A stretch of 37,031 nucleotides of DNA, from the NCBI GenBank assembly GCA_003132525.1, contig PKXZ01000098.1, positions 38,679-75,709 of the forward strand, read 5' to 3'. Under the pieces are notes generated by a model, which saw only the letters and a list, made by a program, of their open reading frames with translations, was not told the origin of the DNA and did not search any database. Both the position numbers and the translations under genes were made by a program. Shown piece after piece: positions 35,056 through 37,031 of this stretch (within the stretch, counting starts at the first letter, position 1; the number at the start of each line of letters is the position of its first letter). This stretch comes from Candidatus Dormiibacterota bacterium (GTDB lineage: Bacteria; Chloroflexota; Dormibacteria; Aeolococcales; Aeolococcaceae).

Positions 35056-35994
35056 GTGACATCCAGGCTCCCAATCTCAGACCTCCCTATTCCCCGCAAC
35101 ACGGGCGCGGAGACGATCGCTGTGCCCGCCGATCGCGGACCGGGCCACTGGGTCGGCGCAGCCAGCGCCCTGGTTCGCGATGGCGTCCACTACGTGGCGT
35201 ACCGAAACCGCCGCCCCGTCGATGACGGCCGCGGCGGTGATGTGATCGTGGGGCAGGTCGGCGCCGGCGGAACGTTCACCGAGCTCTGCCGCATCGACAA
35301 GCGGGCAATGGACGCCGAGTCGCTGGAACGGCCCGCCCTCGTCGTCGATGCCTCCGGCCGCTGGCGTCTCTACCTCAGCTGCGCCACCCTTGGCACACGA
35401 CACTGGCGCGTCGAGCTGCTGGATGCCGCCGCACCCGACGCCTTCGTGACCGCCAGCCGCCGGGTGGTGATGCCCGGCGACGCGCACGTGGGCGTGAAGG
35501 ACCCCGTGATCACGTGCGACGACCGCGGATGGCGCGCGTGGATCTGCTGCCATCCGCTCGACGATCCGGACACCACCGATTGCATGTGGACGGAGTTCGC
35601 AACGAGCGACGACGGCATTGCGTGGACGTTGCGCGGCCCGGCGCTGCAACCCGCCCCCGGCCGGTGGGATCAGCGCGGCACGCGAGTCACCGCGATCATG
35701 AAGCGAGGCGACGAGACCTTCGCGTTGTACGACGGCCGTGCAAGCGCCGTGGAGAACTGGGAGGAGCGCACCGGTATAGCGACCGGTAGCCCCGACCACC
35801 TCGAGGTTGTGGGCGATGCCCCGGTTGCGCAGGCGACGGGACCGTACCCGGCGCTCCGCTACGCGGCGATCGTTGAGGACGGTGACTGCACCGCGGTGTA
35901 CTACGAGGTCGGCTGCGAGGACGGCAGCCACGAACTCCGCCGGGAGTGGTTCACCCGCGCCTCATCTATGACGGTGCGTAGCGAGCAGCCGTGA
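35056..35994 (+). CDS. Five-bladed beta-propeller glycoside-hydrolase-like protein (GH32/43/130-like fold)
   Basis: SLERPALV, WRLYLSC, GVKDPVI, ATSDDGIAW, WDQRG.R, LYDGR, LRYAAIV. Start uncertain (GTG 35056 preferred; ORF track 35011). Confidence 0.65.
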   Translation: MTSRLPISDLPIPRNTGAETIAVPADRGPGHWVGAASALVRDGVHYVAYRNRRPVDDGRGGDVIVGQVGAGGTFTELCRIDKRAMDAESLERPALVVDASGRWRLYLSCATLGTRHWRVELLDAAAPDAFVTASRRVVMPGDAHVGVKDPVITCDDRGWRAWICCHPLDDPDTTDCMWTEFATSDDGIAWTLRGPALQPAPGRWDQRGTRVTAIMKRGDETFALYDGRASAVENWEERTGIATGSPDHLEVVGDAPVAQATGPYPALRYAAIVEDGDCTAVYYEVGCEDGSHELRREWFTRASSMTVRSEQP

Positions 35995-36947
35995 CCGTCG
36001 CGCTCACTCCTGTCGATAGCGTCGAGGTCACGCTCGTCATGGACCTCTCCCTCGACATCCTCATGGCGGGTCAGGAGGGTGTGCAGCGGTTCAAGGTCGC
36101 GTACGACTGGTCGGATCACGATTCCCTGCTTGCCGAGCACGGCTTCTCGGCGCTGATCACTGTCGAGGCTGGTGGCCGGCGGCAATCGGTGCTCTACGAC
36201 GGCGGTCTGTCCGCACTCGCACTCCAGCACAACCTCGACGTCATGCAGATTGACGTCAGCAACCTGCGTGCCATTGCGATCTCTCACGGCCACGTCGATC
36301 ATCACGGCGGTCTCGAGGGACTCTTCCGCCGCAACGGTCCTTTGAAGCTCCCGCTCATCATCCACCCGGATGCTTGGAAGGATCGCAAGCTTGTCTTCCC
36401 GACCGGTACGGAGATGCATCTCCCACCTCCGAGTCACAACGATCTCGAACGCGAGGGCCTCACCGTGATCGAGGAGCGCGGGCCGACGCTGCTCGTCGAT
36501 CGCGAGGTGCTGATCTCGGGCCAGGTGGCGAGAGTCACCTCGTATGAGAAGGGATTTCCCGTGCAGGTCGCGCGTTCCAGCGGTGGTGACTGGGAGCCCG
36601 ACCCGTGGACCTGGGACGACCAGAACATTGTCGTGAATGTGCGCGACCGAGGGCTCGTCATCGTGTCCGGTTGCTCGCACGCGGGCGTCGTCAACGTCAT
36701 TCGCAACGCGCAACAGCTGACGGGCGAAGCGCGGGTGGCCGGGGTGATCGGCGGATTCCACCTCACCGGTGCGTTGTTCGAGCCGCTCATCCCCGAAACG
36801 ATTGCCGACATCACCGCAATCGGAGTCGAGCGAATCGTGCCCGCACATTGCACGGGCTGGCGTGCGATGCACGCGCTGGCGCGCGCCATGCCGGAGGCGT
36901 TCGTGCAGCCCTCGGTGGGGACCGTCTTCGAGTTCCGCGCGCCCTGA
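35991..36947 (+). CDS. MBL-fold metallo-hydrolase (MJ0301-like dihydropteroate-synthase-like subgroup)
   Basis: LLAEHGFS, VLYDGG, ISHGHVDHHGGL (HxHxDH), SGCSHAG, GGFHL, PAHCTG. GTG overlaps the upstream stop (GTGA). Confidence 0.88.
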   Translation: MTVALTPVDSVEVTLVMDLSLDILMAGQEGVQRFKVAYDWSDHDSLLAEHGFSALITVEAGGRRQSVLYDGGLSALALQHNLDVMQIDVSNLRAIAISHGHVDHHGGLEGLFRRNGPLKLPLIIHPDAWKDRKLVFPTGTEMHLPPPSHNDLEREGLTVIEERGPTLLVDREVLISGQVARVTSYEKGFPVQVARSSGGDWEPDPWTWDDQNIVVNVRDRGLVIVSGCSHAGVVNVIRNAQQLTGEARVAGVIGGFHLTGALFEPLIPETIADITAIGVERIVPAHCTGWRAMHALARAMPEAFVQPSVGTVFEFRAP

Positions 36948-37031
36948 GCATGTCAGAGGATCGTGCAGACGGTTCGAGTCGGTCCGTGCTTGAGGGCACC
37001 CAGGTCGCCAGGTTCATCCGCGACGGATTCA

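Noticed and set aside
36953-37030. Possible 3' end of a minus-strand gene entering from the right edge (ESVADEPGDLGALKHGPTRTVCTIL-stop)
   Set aside because: Only 25 codons are visible with no recognisable motif, so it cannot be supported.

Overview
GC-rich bacterial window. TPDTG/VPETG sortase-type signals and apparent leaderless genes suggest a monoderm lineage such as Actinomycetota, Chloroflexota or Ca. Dormibacterota (inference only). The left two-thirds (1-26 kb) looks like a c-di-GMP/surface-adhesion region with three large Ig-repeat surface proteins. It also holds a co-oriented block: stand-alone FIST (NosP-like) sensor, GAF-GGDEF-EAL, secreted 7-repeat Cys/Trp beta-propeller, secreted subtilisin (S8), and a membrane-sensor-GAF-GGDEF-EAL. 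The best candidate for an undescribed system is this subtilisin, which ends in 11 tandem Trp pentapeptides (9x GASWS, GSSWS, DADWS). All nine GASWS units use different codon combinations, and the gene sits directly upstream of the polytopic c-di-GMP sensor. One hypothesis is a protease that carries its own peptide signal, paired with its receptor. Also present: TetR modules with visible operators, an atypical transaldolase-family gene coupled to iolB, orn, an MFS pump, a frameshifted SARP/BTAD-ATPase regulator whose apparent binding boxes precede two neighbouring units, a diverged duplicate of the FIST leader, and two structured intergenic elements. No rRNA, tRNA, CRISPR array, transposase or integrase was recognised. 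All domain calls come from motif recognition by eye; no searches were run.
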